Source: a virus (Duplodnaviria > Caudoviricetes). Taken from it: a stretch of 64,000 nucleotides of DNA. How positions within the stretch are numbered: position 1 is the first letter of the stretch; the number at the start of each line of letters is the position of its first letter. Below, one piece after another: positions 10,239-19,639 of this stretch. A model generated the notes under the pieces. It had not been told where the DNA came from and ran no database searches. It saw only the letters and a program-made list of their open reading frames with translations. A program made the position numbers and the translations under genes. Where the stretch lies: positions 64,001-128,000 of the IMG/VR virus record IMGVR_UViG_3300042258_000071, one strand, 5' to 3'.

Positions 10239-11390
10239 TTACTCCGCTTTTGTTTTATATCGGGCAATGATTTCTTCAAACTTACGGTCAGCAGGATTGT
10301 CAAGTTCATCAGCCGTTGCTAAGAACTGAAGTTCATTAGTTCCATTGTAGATATCAATATAAGGAATGCCTACAAAATTATTTTCAGGTAAATTAGTGGT
10401 AATTACATAGTCAGATCTATTCTGATAGTTCCGCCCTGCGAAAGTGCTCATGATCATATTAAAGTCCATTAAGATTTGAGGATTTGCATATTCAATATGA
10501 TTCACTGCAAATGGCACAGTGAATCTTGTTGAGGACGATAAGTGAGATTCATATTCATTAACATTAAACATGTTCCCAATTGGAAATGCGCGTGGGAAAC
10601 ACCCTGTTGCTTTTGACCACATAACAATGGTTCGTTTAGAGGTATCTAAAATAAATCTGTAAATAGAACATGTATAGGGGAGGCGTCTTGCTGCGATATC
10701 TTCTGGGTACGCATTCACAACACCCTTTGCGGCAAGAGCTATCCAAAATACCCAGTAATATAAAAGAGACCTTAAAACGCCCCCAGGGATGTCTCGAAAG
10801 GTTAAACTGAGATCAGTCGCCCGATTAAGCATATCAGATCCTTTTGCAAAGATCTGATCCCCTGAAAAAATGTCCCCTTCAGTGGTTTCAGTATCTAACA
10901 CAAAATCACTCCATCCCGTGATAGACTCCATTCCGTTTGTGAGAGGGATAATGAAGGGTACATCATTGTTTAGAAAGGCAGAAGCATCTGCCTGTTTAAG
11001 TATCTCCATGCGTGCTTTTCTAAGAAGATCAGTATCTCTAAGTCCAGGCGATTTACCTGCAAATTTAGTATCTAATAAACATCGAATGGCAAAAGTTAGA
11101 GATTGGGCATAACTTGTATCCATCGTTGCAAGAACAGGATGTTGTTTAATATTACCACTTGTTAAATTGAGTTTAGGTCGGGTGATAAATGTTAACCCTG
11201 CAACTTCTGCATTCATGAGATTAAAGTTAACACCATAACGGTTAATCTTAGACATGAATGTCTGATAAGTGCCATGATAGCTGCCACCTCCAGAATATTT
11301 TCTTGACTGTTCAGATACAGCTTCTAGGAGTTGAGAGAGATCTTCTTCTGAAATGGAATCCAAGCTTGGAAGTGCATCAAATAAACTCAT
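10239..11390 (-). CDS. Virion structural protein (phiKZ gp88-like)
   Basis: Likely start MSLFDAL after AAAGGA. Motifs GLTFITRPKLNL, YTCSIYRFILD and ATGCFP. Confidence 0.65.
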   Translation of the reverse strand: MSLFDALPSLDSISEEDLSQLLEAVSEQSRKYSGGGSYHGTYQTFMSKINRYGVNFNLMNAEVAGLTFITRPKLNLTSGNIKQHPVLATMDTSYAQSLTFAIRCLLDTKFAGKSPGLRDTDLLRKARMEILKQADASAFLNNDVPFIIPLTNGMESITGWSDFVLDTETTEGDIFSGDQIFAKGSDMLNRATDLSLTFRDIPGGVLRSLLYYWVFWIALAAKGVVNAYPEDIAARRLPYTCSIYRFILDTSKRTIVMWSKATGCFPRAFPIGNMFNVNEYESHLSSSTRFTVPFAVNHIEYANPQILMDFNMIMSTFAGRNYQNRSDYVITTNLPENNFVGIPYIDIYNGTNELQFLATADELDNPADRKFEEIIARYKTKAE

Positions 11391-11590
11391 TGTTATAAAT
11401 CCTTTTATAGTCGAAGATCGTAGCGATCTCCCGTCATAATGCAATGCTTGTCATTAAGATGGTGACAAAAAATAAAAAAAGAAGGCCTTATAATAGAGAC
11501 TAAAAGCCCCAGACCATACTATAGCCCAAGGCCCATTATACTGGGAATCTGGCATTTATTAATACGTTTTCAAACTTGGAGTGGACACTT

Positions 11591-12778
11591 ATGAACGTAC
11601 CTATCATCGCAGGTGGTGTTGCAAAAATTCTTGATGTTGCAGCACAAGCCCTTAATTTTAAAGAAGATTACGATCAAGCAAAAAACACATCATTATCTCG
11701 TGCTGCAAAACGCGCCCATATTCCAGCTCGTATGTATGTGGATGGGAATATTGCTGGGGACGCCATCGTTGGTAATATTGCACGTGCAGCACAATCTCTT
11801 TATATCTCACTCATTATCTCTGTTCACCAACTTAATCAGTTGGTGTCTGGAGGTAAAACCATTACGGATTCTTTAAAAACAATTTCTACTGAATCTCTTC
11901 TTGCTTATCGCGATACTGGGGATGATTTTGGTGATTTTGTCGGCCTCGATACTCCTGCAACCGAATCTACAGATGCGAGTCGAATGGCAGAAGATGCTAT
12001 TAATGAACTTAAAGATGAAGATTCTAAGCAGAAACTTCGTGATAAAGATAAAGATTTTGAAACCAAGTATCGTTCTAAAAGCATTGCCGTCATGGATGAC
12101 AGTGGCGCCATCCCCTCAGGTCGTCTTATTGAATTAAAATTTGCTGCTGAAAAAGGTAAAGAGATCTCAATTAATGTTCTTGTGCAACTCTTCCCAATTA
12201 TCATTCGTCCGTCGATTGCTGTTGAATTTATCAAACTTGATGCAATGGCATCTTGGGGACAACGGTGGTTGCAATGGCGGGTTGGTGAGATTTCGTTTTT
12301 AGATCTGTTTTTCTCCCTTGATCAAATTCGTCAGCGCCGTAACATTATTCGCAGTGATCGGGATAATGTTCTTGTTGATTATATTGGTAACCGCATAAAG
12401 AAAGAAGGGAGTCGTTGGAACAGACTCTTTGAGGTCATTTCAAATTCTGCTTCTAAATCCAAAACAGCTGTTTCTAATAACCTCGCGTCTTCGATCATGG
12501 TGTTTTCTGAAGATACGGTTCTTCGAGCTAAATCTCAGACGGGAGGATTTGATCTTCATAATACATCTGATCGTAACAAATATTTCAATAAAACATTTTC
12601 TTTAATGATCTTTATTGTGGATCCCATGTATGACAAGATAACTCTCTATTTAAACGGTCTTGACATCAAAGGAGAATATTCCTTCGATCAGTTTAAGCCA
12701 AAAGGATCAAATAATGAAGTTGTTGAAATTATGAAAACCATTCAAGCCATTTCTCAAGGTCGTACACCAACTTTCTAA
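11591..12778 (+). CDS. Inner head / inner-body protein (phiKZ gp89-like)
   Basis: ATG after GGAG. S/A-T-E maturation-protease motifs (ISTES, PATES). Motif WLQWRVGEISF-D. Confidence 0.65.
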   Translation: MNVPIIAGGVAKILDVAAQALNFKEDYDQAKNTSLSRAAKRAHIPARMYVDGNIAGDAIVGNIARAAQSLYISLIISVHQLNQLVSGGKTITDSLKTISTESLLAYRDTGDDFGDFVGLDTPATESTDASRMAEDAINELKDEDSKQKLRDKDKDFETKYRSKSIAVMDDSGAIPSGRLIELKFAAEKGKEISINVLVQLFPIIIRPSIAVEFIKLDAMASWGQRWLQWRVGEISFLDLFFSLDQIRQRRNIIRSDRDNVLVDYIGNRIKKEGSRWNRLFEVISNSASKSKTAVSNNLASSIMVFSEDTVLRAKSQTGGFDLHNTSDRNKYFNKTFSLMIFIVDPMYDKITLYLNGLDIKGEYSFDQFKPKGSNNEVVEIMKTIQAISQGRTPTF

Positions 12779-12816
12779 GGTTTCCCCCCTTAGGTATAAT
12801 TAAGAAGGATCCCCAG

Positions 12817-13788
12817 ATGAGCATTTTTGCGGAGATCAGTGCTTTTATTAAAGGTGCTGTAAATAAAATATCAAAAACTTCTTTTCAACGACCAGCGATC
12901 CTTCAGGAGATGGATACTACTCAAACGGCCGTTCAGACGGTGTATGATGAAGCCTCTCGCATTGAAACGATCAAGCTTCTTGAAGGTGTGGCTCGAAAAA
13001 TTAAGATGCACGCCTATAAATCTCCTACCGATCGTCAAGTTCTAGCAGTCTATGAAACCTATCGTAAGGCATTGGGGGCTTACACCGTTAAGGAGAATAA
13101 GCTCTATCTTGGTGCCATCGTGTCATCTGTTAATCTCATCATGACAGATCTTGATAAATTGTTTTCACAAGCACTTCAACTGTTTTCTGATCTTAAAGAT
13201 AAAGAAGACCTTCGCGTATCGCATAGTTACATTCTAGGATATCTGCATCTTGCAGAAATGACATCTATCTTTTTTGGGGATATGCTGTATCTTCTTGATG
13301 TTCCTAACGGAGAACGTCCTCCAAAATATTTATTTGAACGTGTTGAGAAGTATGCTGCGCCAGTTGGTAAATTTATTAACATGCTTCTTATTCGCCCAGG
13401 CACTATTACGATACTTGCCGATATCAATGAACTCCGTAAAGGTGGGACGGACATCTATATGTCGTCTGATGATTCTCATATGAATCTCGAAGACTATGCA
13501 CATGATGCAGATTATTCTTCACGTGTTCAGACAGGTCTCTCGCAAGGGTTTATTGGTAATCCTTTCATTATGATAGGTGATGCCATCACAGTCTGGCAGC
13601 GCCAGCGTTATGAGCGCAATAAAAAGCATCGTGAGTGGATCTCTGCAAAGATTGCCATTCTTCAGATGGATCTCGATGGTGTAGATCCGAACTCTTCTGA
13701 CTACAAGAAACAATTAGAGATCATTCGTCGCTACACGGATGAACTGGCAACTCTTGACAAGAAGATCAATCAATATGAAAACACCTAA
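12817..13788 (+). CDS. Inner head protein (phiKZ gp90-like)
   Basis: 323 aa with RBS AAGGA. GFIGNPF...W..RY followed by a C-terminal coiled coil. Confidence 0.6.
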   Translation: MSIFAEISAFIKGAVNKISKTSFQRPAILQEMDTTQTAVQTVYDEASRIETIKLLEGVARKIKMHAYKSPTDRQVLAVYETYRKALGAYTVKENKLYLGAIVSSVNLIMTDLDKLFSQALQLFSDLKDKEDLRVSHSYILGYLHLAEMTSIFFGDMLYLLDVPNGERPPKYLFERVEKYAAPVGKFINMLLIRPGTITILADINELRKGGTDIYMSSDDSHMNLEDYAHDADYSSRVQTGLSQGFIGNPFIMIGDAITVWQRQRYERNKKHREWISAKIAILQMDLDGVDPNSSDYKKQLEIIRRYTDELATLDKKINQYENT

Positions 13789-14680
13789 ACTCACCACAGA
13801 CAATGTAAAAATACCCCCTCCTGTTCCTCAACTTGTTAAGACATTAACGTCTATCTATGCATATATCGATCTCATCTCTAAGATGGATATTCGAGCTGCA
13901 GATGATGATCTTCTTAATCTTTATGGTTTATCGTCAGGATCTATGATGACGGTAACACACACAGGTGATGAGATTAAAGAACATGTCAAAAAAGCAACAG
14001 GGCAGGATTTTAAAAGATCTCTCCAAGAATTCGCATTTTCTCTTATATTACGAAAAGTCTCGGTACAACTAAATTATTTATATGAAGTATGTCGTAGTAG
14101 TTCCAATACTTTACAAAGTAATTATGACCCATTAACTTTTCTACCAGTATGTTGCCCAACCACGGATCTCATCACACGTTCGAGGGAACTCCAAAATATC
14201 ATTTTTAAATCTGCCTTTTCTAAACTTGAAACAACAGATGTTGGTGATGTTATAGCCCCATGGATTCACATGATTGAAGCTCAGGCATCTGGGCGTTATA
14301 CGGATACTGTAGAAACCATTCACCGTACACATGTAGACGATATCATTAAAACTTTTGGTGCGGTCCTACATCGATGTACTACTTTAACAACTTATGACAC
14401 AGAACGCCAAACTCTGATTAACCAACAGTTAGTCTTACGAGGAGCATTGGCACTGACCTGTATGGTGACAGGATGTCATCCACATGCCATCACGCGACAT
14501 TATGGGAAACTCTTCACCTATAATGGCTTTGAAGATCTCCATGTGAGTGACATTGGCCTTGCATGTCTTCCTGTTGTAACACTTGATTCTCTTAAAGTGA
14601 TTACCATCCCAAACAAACATATGGTGTCAACCTCCTCAGGTATCCGATATGCCCGAGCTTCATGTGGACTCTTGTGGTAA
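13775..14680 (+). CDS. Hypothetical protein in the head-protein operon
   Basis: The ATG overlaps the end of the upstream gene. ~301 aa. Confidence 0.5.
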   Translation: MKTPKLTTDNVKIPPPVPQLVKTLTSIYAYIDLISKMDIRAADDDLLNLYGLSSGSMMTVTHTGDEIKEHVKKATGQDFKRSLQEFAFSLILRKVSVQLNYLYEVCRSSSNTLQSNYDPLTFLPVCCPTTDLITRSRELQNIIFKSAFSKLETTDVGDVIAPWIHMIEAQASGRYTDTVETIHRTHVDDIIKTFGAVLHRCTTLTTYDTERQTLINQQLVLRGALALTCMVTGCHPHAITRHYGKLFTYNGFEDLHVSDIGLACLPVVTLDSLKVITIPNKHMVSTSSGIRYARASCGLLW

Positions 14681-14748
14681 TATTTGTCAAAAGACATTTA
14701 CCCTAGACGGTCATTTGATTTAACACGTTGAAATGGAGTTTTCCAACG

Positions 14749-16131
14749 ATGGACCAGCTTGCTCAATTTTTGAACTCTCTTGTGACCACTGATCCTGCCG
14801 ATCAAGTGGCTCATGTGAAAAACCCTTCTATGCAGACCATGGTGCGGTACCACAAAGCTGTAACAGGCATGACCTATGCCGTTGAAAATTTAAAACATCT
14901 CCGAAAAGACCTCAAAGATCTACATCGTCTGAACAATATTGTTCAGACAACAGGCCTTCCGAAAGCATTAGCAGCTTTTGTAAATCACAATGGTTCCATT
15001 CAAAACATTGTTAAAACCTTCCCAGCAACAGAATCTCTTGATGATCTAGGGTACCGTTCTAACGATGTTCGTTCAAAACGTGTTGTTGCAGGTATTGAAC
15101 ACATTCTGGCAACAGAGTCTTTGGCAACCACAGAGGGTATGAGGGACGTGATCATGCGTCTGAAGACCGTCTTGGATGTTACCCAGGATGTTGTAGATGA
15201 ACGTGAAGATCGCGCTGAAGCTGTTGCTGATACCATCGACGGTATGAGTGAAGATGCGGTTGTTGATATGTCACAATCTGTAACAGCCCTTTCGGCAGAG
15301 CAGTTCAAAGAGGTTCTTGAAGCGCTTCTCCTGGCCGTATCTGACCTTTCAGATGTTCCTGACTTTGACACTGAAGAAGGTGTCTCAACTGTCACTGAGA
15401 AAGTTAACGGTACGGTTGATAAACTTAAAACCATCGTGGGTCTAAAAGCTGGGGATGTTGTATCGGTTAACCCGGCTGGGGTTGCTGAGGGTTACACTGC
15501 AACGGAGGGGACGCTGGAGTCTCTTGGGTACACTGCAGATGTCGTAGCCAGCCTACTTCGTCAGGTAGCAAGCTTAGTAGACGCCGTTGAGAACATTCTT
15601 GATCAGAAAGATGCGATCGTTGAATCTCTAATTTCCTCATTTTGTGGTGAAGTAACCAACAAAGGTGAGAATGGTGATTCAACGAACCTCGACGACGATA
15701 CGTCGGTTCCTGCAGACCCGCCTGAAAATGGTGGCGAACCAGCAACCGAAGAGGACGATCCTGCCGATGAAGAAGAAGAGGAAGACACGTCTTCTGATGA
15801 CGACGATGGCACCGACCCAGCTGGTGAAGAAGAAGATCCGGAAGATGAGGATACCCCATCTAACTGTGATATCGCTTGTAGCTATATCACGGTGCTAACG
15901 GCATCGGTGGATGCCTCTATGGCCCTCGTCGCTGAAATTTCTTCCATCGGGGCTCTCTTCCTTGAGGGTGCAACTGCAGCAGACCCTGAGGATGAAGAGG
16001 GTGACTCAGAAGATAAAGACTCCTCTGACACTGAGGGTGATGACACTTTCGAAGAAGATACTGTGGATGACGATGATACAGACACTGCTGCATCTGAAGC
16101 CATACATGCCTGGTTGAATGGTGACGCGTAA
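14749..16131 (+). CDS. Internal head protein with a very acidic C-terminal region
   Basis: ATG after GGAG. Several A-T-E/A-S-E cleavage-type motifs (PATES, LATES, PATEE, AASEA). Long D/E tracts. Confidence 0.6.
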   Translation: MDQLAQFLNSLVTTDPADQVAHVKNPSMQTMVRYHKAVTGMTYAVENLKHLRKDLKDLHRLNNIVQTTGLPKALAAFVNHNGSIQNIVKTFPATESLDDLGYRSNDVRSKRVVAGIEHILATESLATTEGMRDVIMRLKTVLDVTQDVVDEREDRAEAVADTIDGMSEDAVVDMSQSVTALSAEQFKEVLEALLLAVSDLSDVPDFDTEEGVSTVTEKVNGTVDKLKTIVGLKAGDVVSVNPAGVAEGYTATEGTLESLGYTADVVASLLRQVASLVDAVENILDQKDAIVESLISSFCGEVTNKGENGDSTNLDDDTSVPADPPENGGEPATEEDDPADEEEEEDTSSDDDDGTDPAGEEEDPEDEDTPSNCDIACSYITVLTASVDASMALVAEISSIGALFLEGATAADPEDEEGDSEDKDSSDTEGDDTFEEDTVDDDDTDTAASEAIHAWLNGDA

Positions 16132-16161
16132 CAGTTAGGTGTTACCTCATATCTGACAGCT

Positions 16162-16193
16162 TGTAAGGGGATGGGACCCCCCATCCTCTTACA
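16162..16193. terminator. Intergenic hairpin of the same family
   Basis: TGTAAGGGGATGGG...CCCATCCTCTTACA. Confidence 0.6.
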
Positions 16194-16221
16194 GTATTCC
16201 ATCGGCATCGATCGTGAAGGG

Positions 16222-17739
16222 ATGAACATGTTCGACCATCTAAATGTAGCTCTAGAACGTATCAACTACCAGCCTCAAAGTCCTTTTGCAAAAGAGCTCG
16301 TGGAGCTATTCACAGAAGCCTTTAAGTATGTAGATGAAACGGCTCCTAAAAAAATTAAATTTACAGATCGTGAAAGTATTAAATGGAAAAACCAGTTGGT
16401 CTTAAAATTTAATAGGGAAACTGGTCTTACTGGAAACTTAAGAAAAATTATTAATAAGCATACAAATCTTACTGTTAAAGCTTGCTCCATACAAGTATTT
16501 GGACAAATCAATGCCTACATGATTCCACGTTTCAAAGTCTCAGATAAAGAAGTTCTAAGTGCCTTTAACCGAGTAACAGGGAAGGCACAGAAAGAATATA
16601 CTGCTAAAGACATACCTGATATCCTTAAGACGGCGCAATCAAAATTTGACCCTACAAATGGAAATTTTAATAAATCCATTTCTGAAGTCTACGCCTTCGA
16701 TTTATCCTTGGCCATAGAACTTTTTACCACAAAACATCTGATGTTAAGCGATTCTCATGTTAGTCCTGAAATGTTGACAGCCGTTGTCCTTCATGAAATT
16801 GGACATGCAGTAACCATGCCAGAGTTACTTGGGAATGCATTTTATCGTGCAACAGAGGCAGCTGATAGCCTTAAAGCCCTAGCCACAACAGCTAAAGTAG
16901 TTGATGCTAACGAATTTATAGCTCAGGCTAGAGACGCTGTAGATCTTTTAACAGATGAAAAACAGAAGAAAGACTTTATATCTCTCATTGACAAAGCATC
17001 TTCTGGATCCCCTGAAAAGAAGATTCCTGTTGCAATGGCCGTGGTTGGATCCGTTGTTCATCAAGCTATCTTTGACATAAGTCGTATGATTATAGATTTT
17101 GCTTCTCGTGAATTCTTAAAAAGTCGTGCAGATGTCACATTTAGAAATTATAATGTTAAAACAAGTGACACAGTCTTTACACAGCGTAACAGTTCAGTTA
17201 TTGAACGCGTCGCTGATGAGTATGTATCCAGGCATGGGATGAGTCAATATCTAGCACAGATGGTCCCTCTTTTTGTACGTCTACGGCCAAAATACTGGGG
17301 CGGACCTATTGTAAATGGGGTTATTAGGGTAGTTGCTGGGACGTTGGATATCTTAAATGCTGTCGCATACCCACCAATGATCACCCCCCATGCAACAACT
17401 TATGATACCGATTTGGAACGTATTGAAAATATTCTCTCAAATATTTATGCAGGATTTAAAAACCAAAATCTCCCTAATGAAGTGTATGCATCTCTTATAA
17501 CAGAAGTTGAAGAAACAAAACTTGCTATTGTTAAACTCAAAAAGATATATAGTTTTAAAATAAATAATTTTATTTGGAAAACGCTTCTTAAATTAGTAGA
17601 GCCTGGATCACTTGCTGGCATGGTACGAGATGCTAACATGGCTGCTGATTATGAGAAACTTCAAAAGATTTCTAAAGGCATGATTCGATCCCCGTTGTAT
17701 TATCAAGCTGCACGCGTTAGAGCAATTATAGAAACATAA
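16222..17739 (+). CDS. Virion protein with a zinc-metallopeptidase motif
   Basis: AVVLHEIGH (HExxH) plus downstream ERVADEYVSRHG. N-terminal VALE cleavage-type motif. ATG after GAAGG. Confidence 0.65.
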   Translation: MNMFDHLNVALERINYQPQSPFAKELVELFTEAFKYVDETAPKKIKFTDRESIKWKNQLVLKFNRETGLTGNLRKIINKHTNLTVKACSIQVFGQINAYMIPRFKVSDKEVLSAFNRVTGKAQKEYTAKDIPDILKTAQSKFDPTNGNFNKSISEVYAFDLSLAIELFTTKHLMLSDSHVSPEMLTAVVLHEIGHAVTMPELLGNAFYRATEAADSLKALATTAKVVDANEFIAQARDAVDLLTDEKQKKDFISLIDKASSGSPEKKIPVAMAVVGSVVHQAIFDISRMIIDFASREFLKSRADVTFRNYNVKTSDTVFTQRNSSVIERVADEYVSRHGMSQYLAQMVPLFVRLRPKYWGGPIVNGVIRVVAGTLDILNAVAYPPMITPHATTYDTDLERIENILSNIYAGFKNQNLPNEVYASLITEVEETKLAIVKLKKIYSFKINNFIWKTLLKLVEPGSLAGMVRDANMAADYEKLQKISKGMIRSPLYYQAARVRAIIET

Positions 17740-17761
17740 TTGTTATTCAAATAAATTCACT

Positions 17762-17771
17762 TATATATCAC
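17762..17771 (+). promoter_or_regulatory. Early-type promoter motif TATATATCAC
   Basis: One-mismatch copy upstream of small accessory ORFs. Confidence 0.5.
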
Positions 17772-17808
17772 TATAGTGATCTGCGTCAATTATCCCGTTA
17801 TGGAGATA

Positions 17809-18060
17809 ATGATTATGAAGTGTGAAAATTTCAGAAGAGAAAGTGACGAACAAGTGTGTTCTGTTTGTCACAGAAGATGGGCGGTGGATGAAGAAGCACC
17901 TGAGTGCTCCCCACCCCAATCACATTCTTCTCAAATTCATCGAAAAGATATCCCACAAAGGCAGTACTATAAACCTTCTCAAAAAGAAAAGAAGGCACTA
18001 CCGACTCCGTGGGAGTTATATATGAAAGATCTCAAATCCCACCAGGGAGGGAGCAACTAG
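17809..18060 (+). CDS. Small early protein with a Cys-rich (Zn-ribbon-like) N-terminus
   Basis: GGAG RBS. C-x11-CSVC-x12-C. Promoter-like TATATATCAC at 17762. Confidence 0.55.
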   Translation: MIMKCENFRRESDEQVCSVCHRRWAVDEEAPECSPPQSHSSQIHRKDIPQRQYYKPSQKEKKALPTPWELYMKDLKSHQGGSN

Positions 18061-18101
18061 CTCCCTCTTTCTATTTTCTGCATCCTGAAAGGACCTTCAT
18101 C

Positions 18102-18518
18102 ATGCTGTCTATCATTCTCAACCTCATCCTTGTAACTGTTGCTGCCTACGTCATCATGTTCATCGCAACCCCAGCTTTGATGGCGTGGGTTCGACTCGAC
18201 AAAAAGATCTTCTTCCCGAGGATGGTGGAAATGTCGAAGACCTACAAAGATGTCTTTACCACCAGATACACCATATATTCGATCCTGGTTATCGCATGCA
18301 TTTTCATGCGAGCCGTGTCTCCCTGGAAATTGATAGTCTGCATGTTTAGCCAGAGTGCGAGCAGAACCTTCATGCTTGAACATTACGACAGTGTAATGAA
18401 CAAAGGTCCTGAACATGAAGATTATGAATGTCTCGCCTTTCAACCAATCAAATTTGGATTTGAAAGTGTGAAAAATAAAATGAAAGCTGGCGGGACAGTA
18501 GTGAACCATATCGCCTAA
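18102..18518 (+). CDS. Hypothetical membrane protein
   Basis: ATG after AAAGGA. Hydrophobic N-terminus and a second hydrophobic segment. Confidence 0.55.
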   Translation: MLSIILNLILVTVAAYVIMFIATPALMAWVRLDKKIFFPRMVEMSKTYKDVFTTRYTIYSILVIACIFMRAVSPWKLIVCMFSQSASRTFMLEHYDSVMNKGPEHEDYECLAFQPIKFGFESVKNKMKAGGTVVNHIA

Positions 18519-18534
18519 CGTCATATACACTTTA

Positions 18535-18566
18535 AAGGGGAGTGGGCATACATGCCCACTCCCCTT
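18535..18566. terminator. Intergenic palindrome / terminator
   Basis: AAGGGGAGTGGGCA-TACA-TGCCCACTCCCCTT. Confidence 0.75.
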
Positions 18567-18605
18567 CTTATATGTTGTATTTCTTTTATACAGATGGGAG
18601 GTCCT

Positions 18606-18613
18606 TATATTAC
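18606..18613 (+). promoter_or_regulatory. Early-type promoter motif TATATTAC
   Basis: Exact 8-mer between a palindrome and an accessory ORF. Confidence 0.5.
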
Positions 18614-18708
18614 CCAATGTAAGATCTTATCCTCACTCTCCTAGTCATTTGACTTATTTCTTTTTTCATAAAAATTTGTACAACCAGAAAAGAAAAGGAT
18701 ATAAACAC

Positions 18709-19140
18709 ATGCTTCTTCAAACACAAGAAGATTGCATTAACTTTATTATGAGTGGTATTATAGCACATGTCTCTCATAAAGATTTTAAAGCTTTAAAAAT
18801 TCATACAAGTAAGGGAATTAAAATCTGGGCATATGGGGATGGGGAGACTATGGATGCACTATGCCTATGGATTGAATCGCATAGAGTTTTGAAACAAGAG
18901 CTTACATTCTCTAAACTGGAGACCGTCGGAGACTCTAGTCAGCTCCATAAGTTACACTATGAGTGGGTAGATATCCCGCTAATTCAGCGAGTGAAAGGCC
19001 TCTTCACTCCATGGCAAAATGGTCATCGATACTCAATGGTCCTCCATGAGGTGTACATAGCTCTCAGATATGGAAAGAGAGAGCCTTTCCAGTTTAAAGT
19101 ATCTGAGGAAATATTTCTCATGGCGAATAATCTTTATTAA
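18709..19140 (+). CDS. Hypothetical early protein
   Basis: ATG after AAAGGA. TATATTAC at 18606-18613. Bracketed by palindromes. Confidence 0.55.
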   Translation: MLLQTQEDCINFIMSGIIAHVSHKDFKALKIHTSKGIKIWAYGDGETMDALCLWIESHRVLKQELTFSKLETVGDSSQLHKLHYEWVDIPLIQRVKGLFTPWQNGHRYSMVLHEVYIALRYGKREPFQFKVSEEIFLMANNLY

Positions 19141-19146
19141 ATAGAA

Positions 19147-19184
19147 TATAGAGGGAGGGTGCCCGATGGCACCCTCCCTCTATA
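19147..19184. terminator. Palindrome between convergent genes
   Basis: TATAGAGGGAGGGTGCC-CGAT-GGCACCCTCCCTCTATA. Confidence 0.8.
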
Positions 19185-19201
19185 CTTGTATCATTCATTT
19201 T

Positions 19202-19621
19202 TTATTCAACAACATTTAAGATGCGACAATTATCATATCCATTTTGCTTAAGAACGTCAAGAATGTTCGTATGATTATTTGTGTTGATATCATAAACCAC
19301 AATGTTAACACGAACAGTATTTGCAATAATTTCCAGGGATCCTGGTGTGATCCATTCATTTGCAAAAACTCGAAGTTTATTCGTACCAGAAGGGGCCTCA
19401 TCTAGTTCATATAGAAAAAAAGTACAGTCTTCCAATGCTGGTATACCAGCATCTGTTTGAAGAACAGCGCCTTGATAAGACACGATATCCCCATGCATCT
19501 TAGCGATGGTGTAATCGATAATCCCTTTAACGACCCCACGCCAAATTACATTATCTTTAGAATTCTTAGATCCAAATGTGATGCGAGATCCAACATGCAT
19601 CTGTGAGACGATGTCAACCAT
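19202..19621 (-). CDS. Conserved-type hypothetical protein (small beta-rich)
   Basis: 139 aa with RBS AGGAG, co-oriented downstream of the chaperonin gene. Confidence 0.55.
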   Translation of the reverse strand: MVDIVSQMHVGSRITFGSKNSKDNVIWRGVVKGIIDYTIAKMHGDIVSYQGAVLQTDAGIPALEDCTFFLYELDEAPSGTNKLRVFANEWITPGSLEIIANTVRVNIVVYDINTNNHTNILDVLKQNGYDNCRILNVVE

Positions 19622-19639
19622 TTAAAGTATCTCCTATAC

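Noticed and set aside
19202-19621. GroES co-chaperonin next to the GroEL-like gene
   Set aside because: No PL-D-RV or mobile-loop GGI motif, and it is longer than GroES. Only a structure search could revive the idea.
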